DNA of 64,000 nt from Octopus vulgaris (GCA_951406725.2 OX597816.1:158844001-158908000); one strand, 5' to 3'; shown: positions 1-11,337, numbered from the stretch's first letter. The notes: generated by a model not told the origin, from the sequence alone. Program-made: numbers and translations.

Positions 1-9
1 TTACAAAAA

Positions 10-47
10 CTGTCTGATGAACGGCAACGAGAAACTCAGAGTAACAG
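10..47 (+). ncRNA. Minimal type-I hammerhead ribozyme motif in a PLE-like 3' remnant
   Basis: CTGT-CTGATGA-A-CG(GCAA)CG-A-GAAA-CTC-A-GAG-TA-ACAG: stem I CTGT/ACAG, core CUGAUGA and GAAA, GNRA-capped stem II, near-palindromic stem III, GUA triplet. The A-A mismatch at the base of stem II is non-canonical. Confidence 0.65.
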
Positions 48-149
48 ATTTTGTTGAATTTTCTGCTGCTTTAAATAAAGCATATTACTATACCACTGGT
101 ATTTGAGTACTCTTTTTTCCCACCTTGTTTCACATTTATGTGTTTACTC

Positions 150-195
<46 letters not shown>

Positions 196-198
<3 letters not shown>

Positions 199-597
199 TA
201 AAAAGCGGTAAGATAACAAAAGAAAGAAAAAGACCTCAATATTATGTAAATAGAGGAAATTTATCTGTAAAATAATATGCTACAATTACTCAATAGTCAA
301 GATAAAACTCTGAGTTTCAGATGCCGAAGTGGAAATCCACAACACCATCTCTTCATATGCTTATCTCTGGTGTGTTTACGTCCCCGTAACTAAGCGGTTC
401 GGTAAAAGAAACCGATAGAATAAGTACTAGGCTTACAAAGAATAAGTCCTCGGGTCGATTTGCTCGACTAAAGGCGGTGCTCCATCTCTTCGGTTATCTG
501 GCCAGATAACCGAAGAGATGGTGTTGTGGATTTCCACTTCGGCATCTGAAACTCAGAGTTTTATCTTGACTATTGAGTAATTGTAACATATTATTTT
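196..597. mobile_element. PLE-like remnant with an inverted duplication, flanked by (TA)n
   Basis: 269-354 plus 483-501 is the reverse complement of 502-597, centred on CTGGCCAG; contains a hammerhead-like motif; (TA)n on both sides. Confidence 0.55.
504..566 (+). ncRNA. Hammerhead-like motif with variant core CCGAAGA
   Basis: AGATAA-CCGAAGA-GATG...CATC-T-GAAA-CTC-A-GAG-TT-TTATCT: 6-bp stem I, and the same GAAACTCAGAGT stem III as 10-47. Confidence 0.5.
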
Positions 598-616
598 TTA
601 TATATATATATATATA

Positions 617-1015
617 TCTTTATATATAAAAGTCAAGTTGTGTGTCTGTCTCCTACGATTTAGATTCCTAACTACTCCCACATTTTGCGGTGCAGTTTAA
701 CCAAAACCGGGTATCTTATAGTCGTGATTCATATCGAGCCCTTCTGGGTATTAGCGCGCGTCTACGATGAGTCTACGATTTAAAAAAAAAATTACCATCA
801 TTTTTTTCCCATTTTAATGCATTTTTTCGCTATTATATAAGAGAAGTAACTCTCTAAAAATGTCTACGATGAGTCAACGATTTTTTAAAAAAATTTACCA
901 TCATTTTTATCCCATTTTTAATGCATTTTTTTGCTATTTTTTGGCTATAACTCTCTAAAAATGCTTATATAGTTATTTCCCTTACAAACCCGAGCAACGC
1001 CAGGCGATACTGCTA

Positions 1016-1016
<1 letters not shown>
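617..1016 (+). mobile_element. Non-autonomous Helitron
   Basis: 5' TC, 3' CTAG preceded by a GC-rich hairpin-like segment (cccgagcaacgccaggcg), inserted between A and T with no TSD; sister copies at 1933-2449 and 59010-59352. Confidence 0.75.
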
Positions 1017-1061
<45 letters not shown>

Positions 1062-1067
<6 letters not shown>

Positions 1068-1211
1068 TGTTTCCGTCATTTGACTGCGGCCATGCTGGAG
1101 CACCGCCTTTAGTCGAGCAAATCGACCCGAGGACTTTTCTTTGTAAGCCTAGTACTTATTCTATCGGTTTCTTTTACCGAACCGCTAAGTTACGGGGACG
1201 TAAACACACCC
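1062..1211 (-). mobile_element. SINE family A, 3' half
   Basis: Reverse complement of the family A tail (ggcggtgctccagcatggccgcagtcaaatgac). Confidence 0.75.
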
Positions 1212-1223
1212 AAAATAAGCATA

Positions 1224-1272
<49 letters not shown>

Positions 1273-1296
1273 TAGATGTGTGTGTATGTATGTATG

Positions 1297-1339
<43 letters not shown>

Positions 1340-1350
1340 TCAAGGCAAAA

Positions 1351-1760
1351 CTTCCTTTTGTTTCCTCCCCGCAAACACCCCTTTTTTCTTTTTTTTTTCC
1401 CCTTCTACACAAACCCTCGTTTTCGGCTACTACAGAGAAAACGAACCTGCAAAAAAAATTGGCAAAAATCGGCATTTTGAAATTACCCCTCCCCCACCCC
1501 TAATTTCTACATTTTAAAACTTTTTTTTTTCAAAATATGCAAGAAAATACGGAGATTATGATTCTGAAAATATTTCCAGAATTTTTTTTACTTACGGTTA
1601 CGGAAAAAAGTGAAAAATGAATAAATTGGAGGGAGGGAGGGGAGGGGCGAAATTTGAAAATGTCAATTTTTGGCAATTTTCCGGAATCTCCATATCCGAA
1701 AACGGGGGATTTTGGAAAAAAAAAGGGAGAAAATGGGGTGGGAGGGTGGCTGGAGGAAGG
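1351..1760. repeat. Imperfect fold-back element, MITE-like
   Basis: About 1351-1507 aligns to the reverse complement of about 1620-1760 (cgttttcgg / ccgaaaacg; aaaattggcaaaaat / atttttggcaatttt); a third arm-like copy lies at about 18025-18165. Confidence 0.5.
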
Positions 1761-1932
1761 CTTGAATATACACATGAATGAATTAAGCGTGCTAAAACTG
1801 TTACGTATGCACACAAATATACATAGCTATTACATAAAATTGTGGGTAATTGTTCAGTTTAATTATATAAAAAAATGTAAATAAAATTGAGCGATAAGTT
1901 GTAAAAGAAGCAGTTTACTTTTTTATACAGCA

Positions 1933-2449
1933 CTAGCAGTATCGCCCGGCGTTGCTCGGGTTTGTAAGGGAAATAACTATATAAGCATTTTTAGAGAGTT
2001 ACTTCCTTTATAGATGCCAATTCGGGCTTTCTTAGCCATTTCTGTTTTGGTGTCTTCAAGCCATGAAGTCGTTGTTCTAAAAGAACGCTGGTCTCCTTGA
2101 CAACGCTTTACGACGTTGATTTCCTTAAACTCCCTTCCCCACAGCTTCACGAGGGAGGGAAGAAGGGGGAGAAGCAAACACAGGTGCAGGTGTTTGAGCG
2201 TGGACGCCAACTCCGCCGCCATCGACACACGAAAAATTATGCATTAAAATGGAATAAAAAATGATGTTAAATTATTTTTAAAATCGTAGACTCATCGTAG
2301 ACGCGCGCTAATAGCCAGACGGGCTCGATATTAATCACGACTATAAGATACCCGAATTTGGTTAAACTGCACCGCAAAATGTGGGAGGAGTTAGGAATCT
2401 AAATCGTAGGAGACAGACACTCACACAACTACAGTTTTATATATATAGA
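1933..2449 (-). mobile_element. Non-autonomous Helitron with an extra internal segment
   Basis: Reverse complement of 617-1016 with CTAG and TC ends; about 2010-2230 is absent from the other copies. Confidence 0.75.
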
Positions 2450-2499
2450 TAAAGACTGCCGATCGTCGCCAGAATGTCTTCTTTTTCTCGGTGGAATTA

Positions 2500-2750
2500 C
2501 GCCAGAGAAACTCATACAGATATGAAACAAACAGTTCGTCTGATTTCCCAAACTGTCGTCTCAACTTGCCTTTCACCCGCATCCACATATTTTCCACATT
2601 GTGTGTGTGGACGCCTTGATAATGAGTATCAACAAAATGTTGGTGTATAATTACCTCACGCGTATAGGCAATACCATTGAGGATAGCGATGTTACTATAT
2701 GCTCACCATCCATCGCTGATTATGTGAGACCCAGGTAAAATCCACCTTTG
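2500..2750 (-). pseudogene. Highly decayed RTE-like RT fragment
   Basis: Minus strand shows a frameshifted YLG..ISDG...I....GIA pattern resembling the RTE thumb region. Confidence 0.25.
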
Positions 2751-4295
2751 TATCATCAGCTCAGTTAAAGTGCCTTCTGTGCGGTCAGGTACTTCTACCA
2801 AAAACCACGTTCTTGAGAGACTATGCCACCAAACACCCAACGTCTCTTTGCTTCTTTTACTACTAACCTCCCTCTTAATTTTTCTTTACTTTTTTTATAT
2901 AACTGAACAATTACCTAATTGGGTATATTAATATTGAAAGGGACAAAAAAGCATACTAACAGCTGTCAAAAATGTGCTTACATGCCATCTCTCTCTGGCA
3001 AAGAATTCAGATCGAACTGAGTTTCTAAGCTTCCTTAAACTTACATCAAGGAAAAAAAACTTTCTATCTTCTATCCAGCGAGACATTCACTTAAAACTAT
3101 TTGTAGTGTATATATACTTGGACCCAGCTAAACTAGTCGGTCTAATTTGCATAAGAGTGCATGTTCTGACAATGTATGAGAGATGGGACTTGTAACTACA
3201 ACCACTTTGTTTAACAGCAACGTTAAAATTCAGTAAGGTTACCTTAGATTTCAAATGATCGAGAAACGATGTGAGTGACCTTTCGATTTAAGTATCCAGA
3301 GAGAACGAACGAACTCGGCCAAATATGGGCATTAACCGGAAAATCAGCAATGATATAAAACTAAACATTGAAATAGTTATACAAGGTAAAGATTGCTTCT
3401 GACACCGACTTACCAGAGGTGATTGATGGTGGTAAAGTCACAGAAAAAAGTCTGCAGGGAGAAAAAATTATATTGAATGGTTCCAGTGTGAAGAAGCGAC
3501 AGTAAGCACAATTATCCAGCAGGACATTGTTGGTAATACATCTTAAAGAAGAGTTCGTCGAAGCTATAAGAACTCCATAACTTACGGGAGAACCACAAAA
3601 CTATGGAAGAGTTTCTTCGTAGAGTCGGCTGGAATATTCGACTTAGTCATCAACATTAAAAATATTGAATATACATGTAATGCCATAATAAAATATAAGG
3701 CGTTTTGAAATTCTACATATTATATATCGTCAATAAATGACAGGCTTAAATTTTAAATAAAAGAGTTTGTTTGTTTTTTTCAACAAATATAGTGTACAAG
3801 TCAAGCGCTGTCAGTTAACTGATTTAAAATATTTTTTGTTTCATTACTTTAATTGTTTATAGTATTTAAATAAAATATAACAAGCAAAAATTGTGACATT
3901 TTTCAGTAACTTTTTCTCCAGTCACTTGCATAACAATACATTGTCTGTAACCAATTCCCAACCACAAATAGATTAAGATTTACAAGGTGAAACAGTGATA
4001 TATAAGATCCAGAGAAGAAAAAAATCGTCTGATGCTTCGATAATGTTTACGTATACATTTCCAAGCTTTCCCATGTAAACATGTCTAACGACTCGCCTTA
4101 CGCACTGGCCCGTTACAGCATACCACCGAATTATTTATTAATCACAACCATGCAAGACATTAAATGGTACTTTCCATATGAATCACATCCCACAGGAAGT
4201 AATTCCTTTCAGTCAGATAGGTCAACAGAGTTGATTGTGTCGTCTTTGATTCTCACATGCTTTTACCGTCTAAAACGTTTAGAAATTTCTTCAAT

Positions 4296-4698
4296 ATCTT
4301 TTATTTGTTTCAGTCATTGGACAGCAGCCCTGATGGGGCACTAACTCGAAAGGTTTAGTCGAGCAAATCGACCCTAGAACATTTTCTTTAAAGTTTATTA
4401 AATCTATTGGTCTCATTAGCCGAACCACTACGTTACAGGGGCACAAACACCAACATTGCTTATCAAGCGGTGGGGAGAGGGGTACAAACAACACAATCAC
4501 ACGTAGACATGGGCACGCACGGACATTAAATATACGACGGGCTTCTTTCACTTTCCGCCTACCAAATCCACTCACAAGGCTTTGGTGAACTCAGGACTAT
4601 AGTAGAAGACACTTGCCCAAGGTGTCACATGGCGAGACTGAACCTAAGACCGCATGATTGTGAAGCAAGCTTCTTACCCACACAGCCACGCCTGCGCC
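4296..4698 (-). mobile_element. SINE family A, diverged
   Basis: Full head-to-tail similarity to 11371-11756. Confidence 0.75.
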
Positions 4699-4834
4699 TT
4701 ACCTATTATCTTTTGCTGAACCACAAAGTTACGGGAACGTAAACACCCCAACACTGGTTGCCAAACAGACATAAACACACACACACAAGCTAATGTTGAA
4801 CAGGGACAATGAATGCTTGACACTGCATTGGTAG

Positions 4835-4985
4835 CATTAGCGTAGCTGGAGGGATGCTACCCCGGGCATCCCTCCAGCCACCCCGGGCGGCACTTTTCAT
4901 CCTGTTGTAGGCTATTGCTGTAGGGGTCTGGGACCGGCAAACTGAAGAGCTGCCCCGGGCAGTACACATATTTGCTACGCTAGGG
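4835..4985. mobile_element. hAT-like MITE
   Basis: TIRs cattagcgtagc / gctacgctaggg; flanks attggtag / aatggtag (7/8 match, 8-bp TSD); internal similarity to 12002-12177. Confidence 0.6.
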
Positions 4986-5005
4986 AATGGTAGATATAAA
5001 TATTA

Positions 5006-5147
5006 ATTTGTGAGCTAACAAGGCTACCAATAGTTTCATGAGAGGAAGTTCAACATGGAGACGAGTACCGATACTTTCATGTGGCACGCTTGGACAATTG
5101 TGAAGATCTTCACATGAAACTATTGGTAGCTTTGTTAACTCACAAAT
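5006..5147. repeat. Short inverted repeat with hammerhead half-motifs, PLE-like
   Basis: About 41-bp arms (5006-5049 / 5107-5147); right arm reads TGAAGA...GAAAC-tattg-GTA, followed by AATAAA and a microsatellite. Confidence 0.5.
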
Positions 5148-5159
5148 AAAGTGTGAAAA

Positions 5160-5357
5160 TTATATACATATATCTATATACATCTACACACACACATATA
5201 CATATATACACACACACATCTACATACATACATATACACACACACACACACATATATACACACACACACATATATATACACACACACACATATATATATA
5301 TACACACACACACATATATATATACACACACACACATATATATACACACACACACAT

Positions 5358-5394
<37 letters not shown>

Positions 5395-5412
5395 CACATA
5401 TATATACACACA

Positions 5413-5462
<50 letters not shown>

Positions 5463-5497
5463 CACACACACACACACATATATACACACACACATAT

Positions 5498-5589
<92 letters not shown>

Positions 5590-5602
5590 GTATATATATA
5601 TA
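5160..5602. repeat. Compound (CA)n/(TA)n microsatellite
   Basis: Direct reading. Confidence 0.95.
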
Positions 5603-6060
5603 ACACAGGATGTGTGTCTGCCTGTGTGTTTGTCATGTCGTTAAAACTAGAGATCCACCCAACCGATTTTAATGAAATTTTACACATGCATTACATAGGG
5701 TTCATGGAATGTCATGGGCCAAAAATTTTCAACTTCTTGCCTAATGCGGGCCCAGGAGAAGATAAACCACATTTTTAAAGCATTTTCGCAGCGTTAAGGC
5801 CCGTGACTTGATGAGTATCCAGTTGCTTTCCTCCAAATTTGCAACAAACACTAAATCAGGCTCCTCGAATTGCTGTTGACTAAAAAAAAAATTTCCGACG
5901 CCAACTATGGGCCCCACAAAAAATGCAGATTAATCAGATTTGAGTATACTGCACTGGGTTTTATCTTTGTTTTAGGCCATTTTCCGACGATAAAACATTG
6001 ACACTACTTATGCATTAAAAGTAGTGTCTAATATTTCATGAAAACCTTTTTGTCCAACAC
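5603..6060 (+). mobile_element. Helitron-like 5' fragment
   Basis: tgtgtgtctgcctgtgtgtttg...accgattttaatgaaattttacac opening, typical of non-autonomous Helitrons; no 3' end seen. Confidence 0.35.
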
Positions 6061-6161
6061 ACATATATATATATATATATCAGGGTTGCAAAAAATTCAA
6101 GAGAAATTTTTTCGCCACCAGCGGTCAAGTGAGAAAGAAAAAATAGTCAAAAGACTATATA

Positions 6162-6402
6162 ATATACATTCAACAATATTAAGGAATGGCCTTGATAGGC
6201 CATTCGACCCACTAGAAAGAGCAGCTAAACTCAAACCGCTAAATAGTTGTAATTCAGAAACCAAAGGAAAATAAAAACATTTACCTTTATCATGTTTTTA
6301 TTTTCCTTTGGTTTCTGAATTACAACTATTTAGCGGTTTGAGTTTAGCTGCTCTTTCTAGTGGGTCGAATGGCCTATCAAGGCCATTCCTTAATATTGTT
6401 GA

Positions 6403-6410
<8 letters not shown>
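6162..6410. repeat. Perfect 119-bp inverted repeat with 11-bp spacer
   Basis: 6162-6280 equals the reverse complement of 6292-6410; the same peptide appears in ORFs on both strands. Confidence 0.95.
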
Positions 6411-6454
<44 letters not shown>

Positions 6455-7350
6455 GTTTCTTTCAGTTTCCTTGTACTAAAGCCACTCACAAGGCTTTGGT
6501 CTGCCTGATGCTATTGTAGACACTGGGCAAACGTGCTACGCAGTGAAACTGAACTTGAAACCGTGTGGTTGGGAAGCAAATTTCTTACCACACAGTTACA
6601 AACAATTTCAAAATTATTTTTAGTTTGAAAGAAAAAAAAAATCCTTCCATGTCTAGTTTATTGCCGAGTTTTTAAGTCACCATTGGCTAATGGGGAACTT
6701 TGTCAAGTTCGTTGTTTTACTGTGTGAAAACTTAAAACGACAGATTACCGCATTGTGTCGTTATGCAGCATTTATTAATCCCTGTTGTCAGCGCATGCAT
6801 TATTATTAAAATTTAAACTGACTAGTTTAGTTGGCTCCTAGTTTGTATGCACTATGAATCACAGTAGCTACCAAGCTCTTGAACAGTGAAATTAAGTTTC
6901 ATGCTTACTCCAGTAATGATGATAAATATCTACCAAAAAATAGAATTGTTATTTTCTTTAAGTCATGTTGCCTCACTAAACTTGACATATCTCAACAGAA
7001 ATTATTTTCAAACATGATATTTCTCAACAAAAGCTAGATCGCTATATAAAACAGCTTTCGTAGTAAAGAGTAATGAAATTTTGAGTAGATATATCTGCTT
7101 TTTGCAGTAGAAGAGTTGAGGAGCTAGGCAATGGTTACTTTTGTCCAACTAAGGCGTCGGAAGACTTGAATCTAGTGGATTTTTTCCCACGTTTTCTACT
7201 CATTGTGAAATAAAACTTGTAATCCTTATATTTTTCGCAGCGAGGCTAAAATTCTGTTTATCAAAAGAAGCAGCATACTTTACACACACTATAAATTTTC
7301 GTCCCTTTTCTATGTTAGTATGGATTAGATGAATATATCATTGAGGTTTG

Positions 7351-7543
7351 TTGCTAATACTTCAGTTTTACAAGATGCCTTCACTGTTGCTAATACTTCA
7401 CTATTTTTACAAGATGCCATCGCTGTTGCTAATACTTCACTGCTTTTAGAGGATGACATCGCTGTTTTTACAAGATGCCCTCGCCGTTGATAATACTTCA
7501 CTATTTTTACAAGAAGCCCTCGCTGTTGCTAATACTTCACTGT
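7351..7543. repeat. About 39-bp minisatellite, roughly 5 units
   Basis: Unit ttgctaatacttcactatttttacaagatgccctcgctg. Confidence 0.85.
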
Positions 7544-7799
7544 ATTAGTACACTGCTTACAGATGCTTACATTTTTTATGTTTTCCGGGGTCGATTAATT
7601 AAGTACCACTTACGCACTGGGGTCGATGTAATCGACTTAATACCTATGTCTGTCCTTGTTTGTCCCTTCTATGTTTAGCCCCTTGTGGGTAATAAAGAAA
7701 TAGGTATTTCGTTGTTGAGTTCAAATTCCACCGAGGTCGACTTTGCTTTTCATCCTTTCGGGGTCGATAAATTAAATGGGATAAAATATACGAAACCCA

Positions 7800-8190
7800 A
7801 TATACCCATCATGATTACCCGTCTGATAAGGGTACACCAGGTACATGCATCACAACCATATGTGTGCGACATGGTGATCTCGTATCAAGGTAAACAGCGC
7901 ATGACCTTGCAGGTGGGGCCCAGTTAGAATTTTCTTCAGATCGAGTAGCTCATCCCGCTCAAAAGGTCCCTCAATAACTGTTATTTAAGAATATTGAACG
8001 AAACATTCATGCTTCCAAGGGTGAATTATTCAAATCCCAAAGAACTCCTCTCGACATAGCCATGATGCTCCCCCACTACTTCTGCTCGTGATCAGAGATG
8101 CACAAATCGTCAGCCACCAAAGGACATGCTCAACTTGTTAAGGTCAAGCAACTAACAAACAAATCTGTGGTATTGAGCAGAATATTTACT
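7800..8190. mobile_element. Unclassified interspersed repeat
   Basis: About 7943-8190 matches about 55144-55400 (gagtagctcatcc...aaaaggtccct...gtgaattattcaaa...gatcagagatgcac). Confidence 0.6.
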
Positions 8191-8212
8191 GTAATTATTA
8201 TTATTATAGAAA

Positions 8213-8405
8213 GCGGCGAGCTGGCAGAGTCGTTATTACGCTTAGTGGCATTTCGTCAGTCTTTATGCTCTGAGTTCAAATTCGCCTCCCACCCCCGTTT
8301 TGGGGGGTCGATAAAATAAGTACCAGTTGAATACTGAGGTCGATGTAATCGATTATCCCCCTGTCCCACAAAAGTTCAAACCTAGTGCCTATAGCAGAAA
8401 AGATT
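8213..8405 (+). mobile_element. SINE family B
   Basis: gcggcgagctggcaga...ctgagttcaaatt...taagtaccagtt...gtcgatgtaatcga, with (ATT)n tail. Confidence 0.7.
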
Positions 8406-9259
8406 ATTATTTATTATTATTATTATTAATATTATTAGTGGAAATTAATCGCTTTCAACAATAATTCTTTCTACTAAAAGCACAAGGCCAGAAATTGGGG
8501 GGGGGGCGACTAGTCGATTACATCAACCCCAGTATTTCACTGGTATTTAATTTATCGATCTCGAAAGGCTGAAACGCAAAGTCGAATTCCACCGATGTCG
8601 ACTTTGCCTTTCATCCATTCGGGTTCGGTAAAGAACAAGTACTGGAATCCATGTAACCGATATGACCACTCCCTCTCAAAATTACTGACCCTCAACCCTG
8701 CAACGGACCGGCGTCCCGTTCAGGAGAATCGCTATGATTTCGGTTGTATGTATACCTTAACCAGCCTTATGAGTTCTATGGTTCGAGAAAAGTTTGTCTG
8801 CCCTTTTTACAATCCTCTCAGCCCCCCCCCCCCCCCCACAGAGTCTCCTTTCCCACGATCTCCTAAGAAAAACACTGACTTAGGGTCAATCAGGACGGTA
8901 CACAGATTTAGGATTTCAATAACCGCCAAGGAAAATGCCCCATCTCCTAGCTGACATTTCCGCGCTGTATCCCACATAACTATGTACCAGGAAACCCAAT
9001 CCTTTTAGTGGTGTCCCACAGACCAATGACTCGTAGCGGGAATGGATTAGGTCAGCCTCTGCTCTGATTTGTTTTTGTTAAACACTTAAGCTTAATATTT
9101 GACCTGATGTTAACCTACGTAACTAAAATATTCCTCAACAAGAAATATAAACATACATTAAACTCTTTTGTTATTTCGCTTTTATGTTGGCTTTTGACCT
9201 TTCTCGATATGGCGTAATTTCGTCGATGGAATCCAGCACTAGCAAACTATTGTTATTTA

Positions 9260-9422
9260 GGCGCAGGAGTGGCTGTGTGGTAAAGAGCTTGCTTACCAAC
9301 CACATGGTTCCAGGTTCAGTCCCACTGCATGGCACCTTGAGCAAGTATCATCTACTATAGCCTCGGGCAAACCAAAGCCTTGTGAGTGGATTTGGTAGAC
9401 GGAAATTGAATGAAGCCCATTG

Positions 9423-9457
<35 letters not shown>

Positions 9458-9657
9458 TTTGTCTGTGTCTATCTCCCCACCGTCACATGATAACCAATGC
9501 TGGTGTGTTTATGTGCCCGTAACTTAGCGGTTCGGCAAGAGAGACCGATATAATAAGTACTAGGCTTACAAAGAATAAGTCCTAGGGTCGATTTGTTCGA
9601 CTAAAGACGATGCTCCAGCATGGCCGCAGTCAAATGACTGAAACAAATAAAAGAATA
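9260..9657 (+). mobile_element. SINE family A, tRNA-derived
   Basis: A-box-like tggctgtgtgg, B-box-like ggttcagtcc, central (TA)/(TG) tract, A-rich tail. Confidence 0.85.
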
Positions 9658-10210
9658 CAGTCATAAAAATTAATTGAACGAATAAAATAACAAATTTGAG
9701 GCTTCAGAGGTTTCAAGTTCGTATCAAGAGTAGTTATTTACTAGCAGAATCGTCGTTATAAGCGTTGTTATTGTTAAGCCCTTGACAGTCTACATGTGTA
9801 GCAAGATTCGTAGAAGATTCGGGGCCCTCTTAGCAGTATTAAAGACCCTCGGAAAAATGAATGCATCGGGCCCAATAGTATTTGACAAGCTACAGCATAG
9901 ATCAGAATTTAGCCCCAAGACCCGTGTTAAAGACATGCTAAAGATGAGACTAAGAAGATTAAAATAAAATCAATTGCTATGTGGACAGTGAGGAATTTGA
10001 TGTTTCGGACTCTTGCCTTTCATCAGAAAGTGAGAAAGAAGGTAGAGGGAGTGAATTCTCAGACAGACGCACAGCAGACCTTGGAGCGAGCGGTAGGGAA
10101 GTCACCGAAAAGATTGCGAACAGCAACGAAAGAACTTTGACTAATAAACAAACCAATGGAATATTTAACCAACATAACAAACAAACGATTGATTATTAGT
10201 TCTCTTTTTT

Positions 10211-10584
10211 TTTTTTACTTGTTTCAGTCTTTTGACTGCGGCCATGCTGGAGCACCGCATTTAGTCGAGCAAATCGGCCCCAGTACTTATTTTATCGGTC
10301 TCTTTTGCCGAACCGCTAAGTTACGGCGACGTAAACACACCAGCATCGGTTGTCAAGAAATGCTAGGGGGACAAACACAGACACACAAACATACACACAC
10401 ATATATATATATATACATATATACGACGGGCTTCTTTCAGTTTCCGTCTACCAAATCCACTCACAAGGCTTTGGTCGGCCCGAGGCTATAGTAGAAGACA
10501 CTTGCCCAACATGCCACGCAGTGGGACTGAACCCGGAACCATGTGGTTGGTTAGCAAGCTACTTACCACACAGCCACTCCTGCG
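10211..10584 (-). mobile_element. SINE family A
   Basis: Full-length reverse-complement copy. Confidence 0.85.
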
Positions 10585-10618
10585 GTTAGATATTTAAGCA
10601 AATGACTAATAATAATAA

Positions 10619-10770
10619 TCTTTACTACTCTAGGCACAAGGTCCGAAACTTTTGAGGAGGCGGTCAGTCGATTAGATCGACCCCAGAACGCAACTGACAC
10701 TTAATTCATCGATCCCGAAAGGATGAAAGGCAAAGTCGACCTCGACGAAATTTGAACTCAGAACGTAAAA
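10619..10770 (-). mobile_element. SINE family B, partial
   Basis: cccgaaaggatgaaaggcaaagtcgacctc...tttgaactcagaacg. Confidence 0.7.
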
Positions 10771-10773
10771 CCG

Positions 10774-10816
<43 letters not shown>

Positions 10817-10977
10817 CGGAATTAAACCTGTGTGTGTAGTAACTCAAGAAAACAAAATTCGTTTCAACACACGAATTCACATCAAGAATCTTGCAAACTA
10901 TATATAAAAACTAAGTATTATTTGCTGCAAGCGAAATACGTTTCAAATGATGGTTATAGAGCGAATACGTTTTCATA

Positions 10978-11337
10978 GGCGCAGGCGTGGCTGTGTGGTA
11001 AGAAGCTTGCTTCCCAACCACATGGTTCCGGATTCAGTCTCACTGCATGGCACTTCGGGCCGACCAAAGTCTTGTGAGTGGATTTGGCAAACGGAAACTG
11101 AAGGAGGCCCGTCGTATATGTGTGTGTGTGTGTGGGGGGGATCTCCCACCACCGCCGTTTGACAACCGGTACTGGTGTGTTTGCGTCCCCGTAACTTAGC
11201 GGTTCGGCAATAGAGACAGACAAAATAAATACCAGATTTAAAATAAGTACTGGGGTCGATTCATTCGACTCAAAATTCTACAAGGCGGTGCTCCAGCATG
11301 ACCACAGTAATTACTGAAACAAGTAAAAGATAAAAGA
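10978..11337 (+). mobile_element. SINE family A
   Basis: Head and tail present, small internal deletion. Confidence 0.8.

Noticed and set aside
3250-3660. Possible pogo/CENP-B-like remnant
   Set aside because: A single weak F...GW-type motif; not enough to call.
5140-5687. Long ORFs rich in YI, HT, CV or MYVC (also near 1.2, 22, 34.5, 37.8, 44.8, 51.8 and 57.5 kb)
   Set aside because: Translations of stop-free microsatellites.
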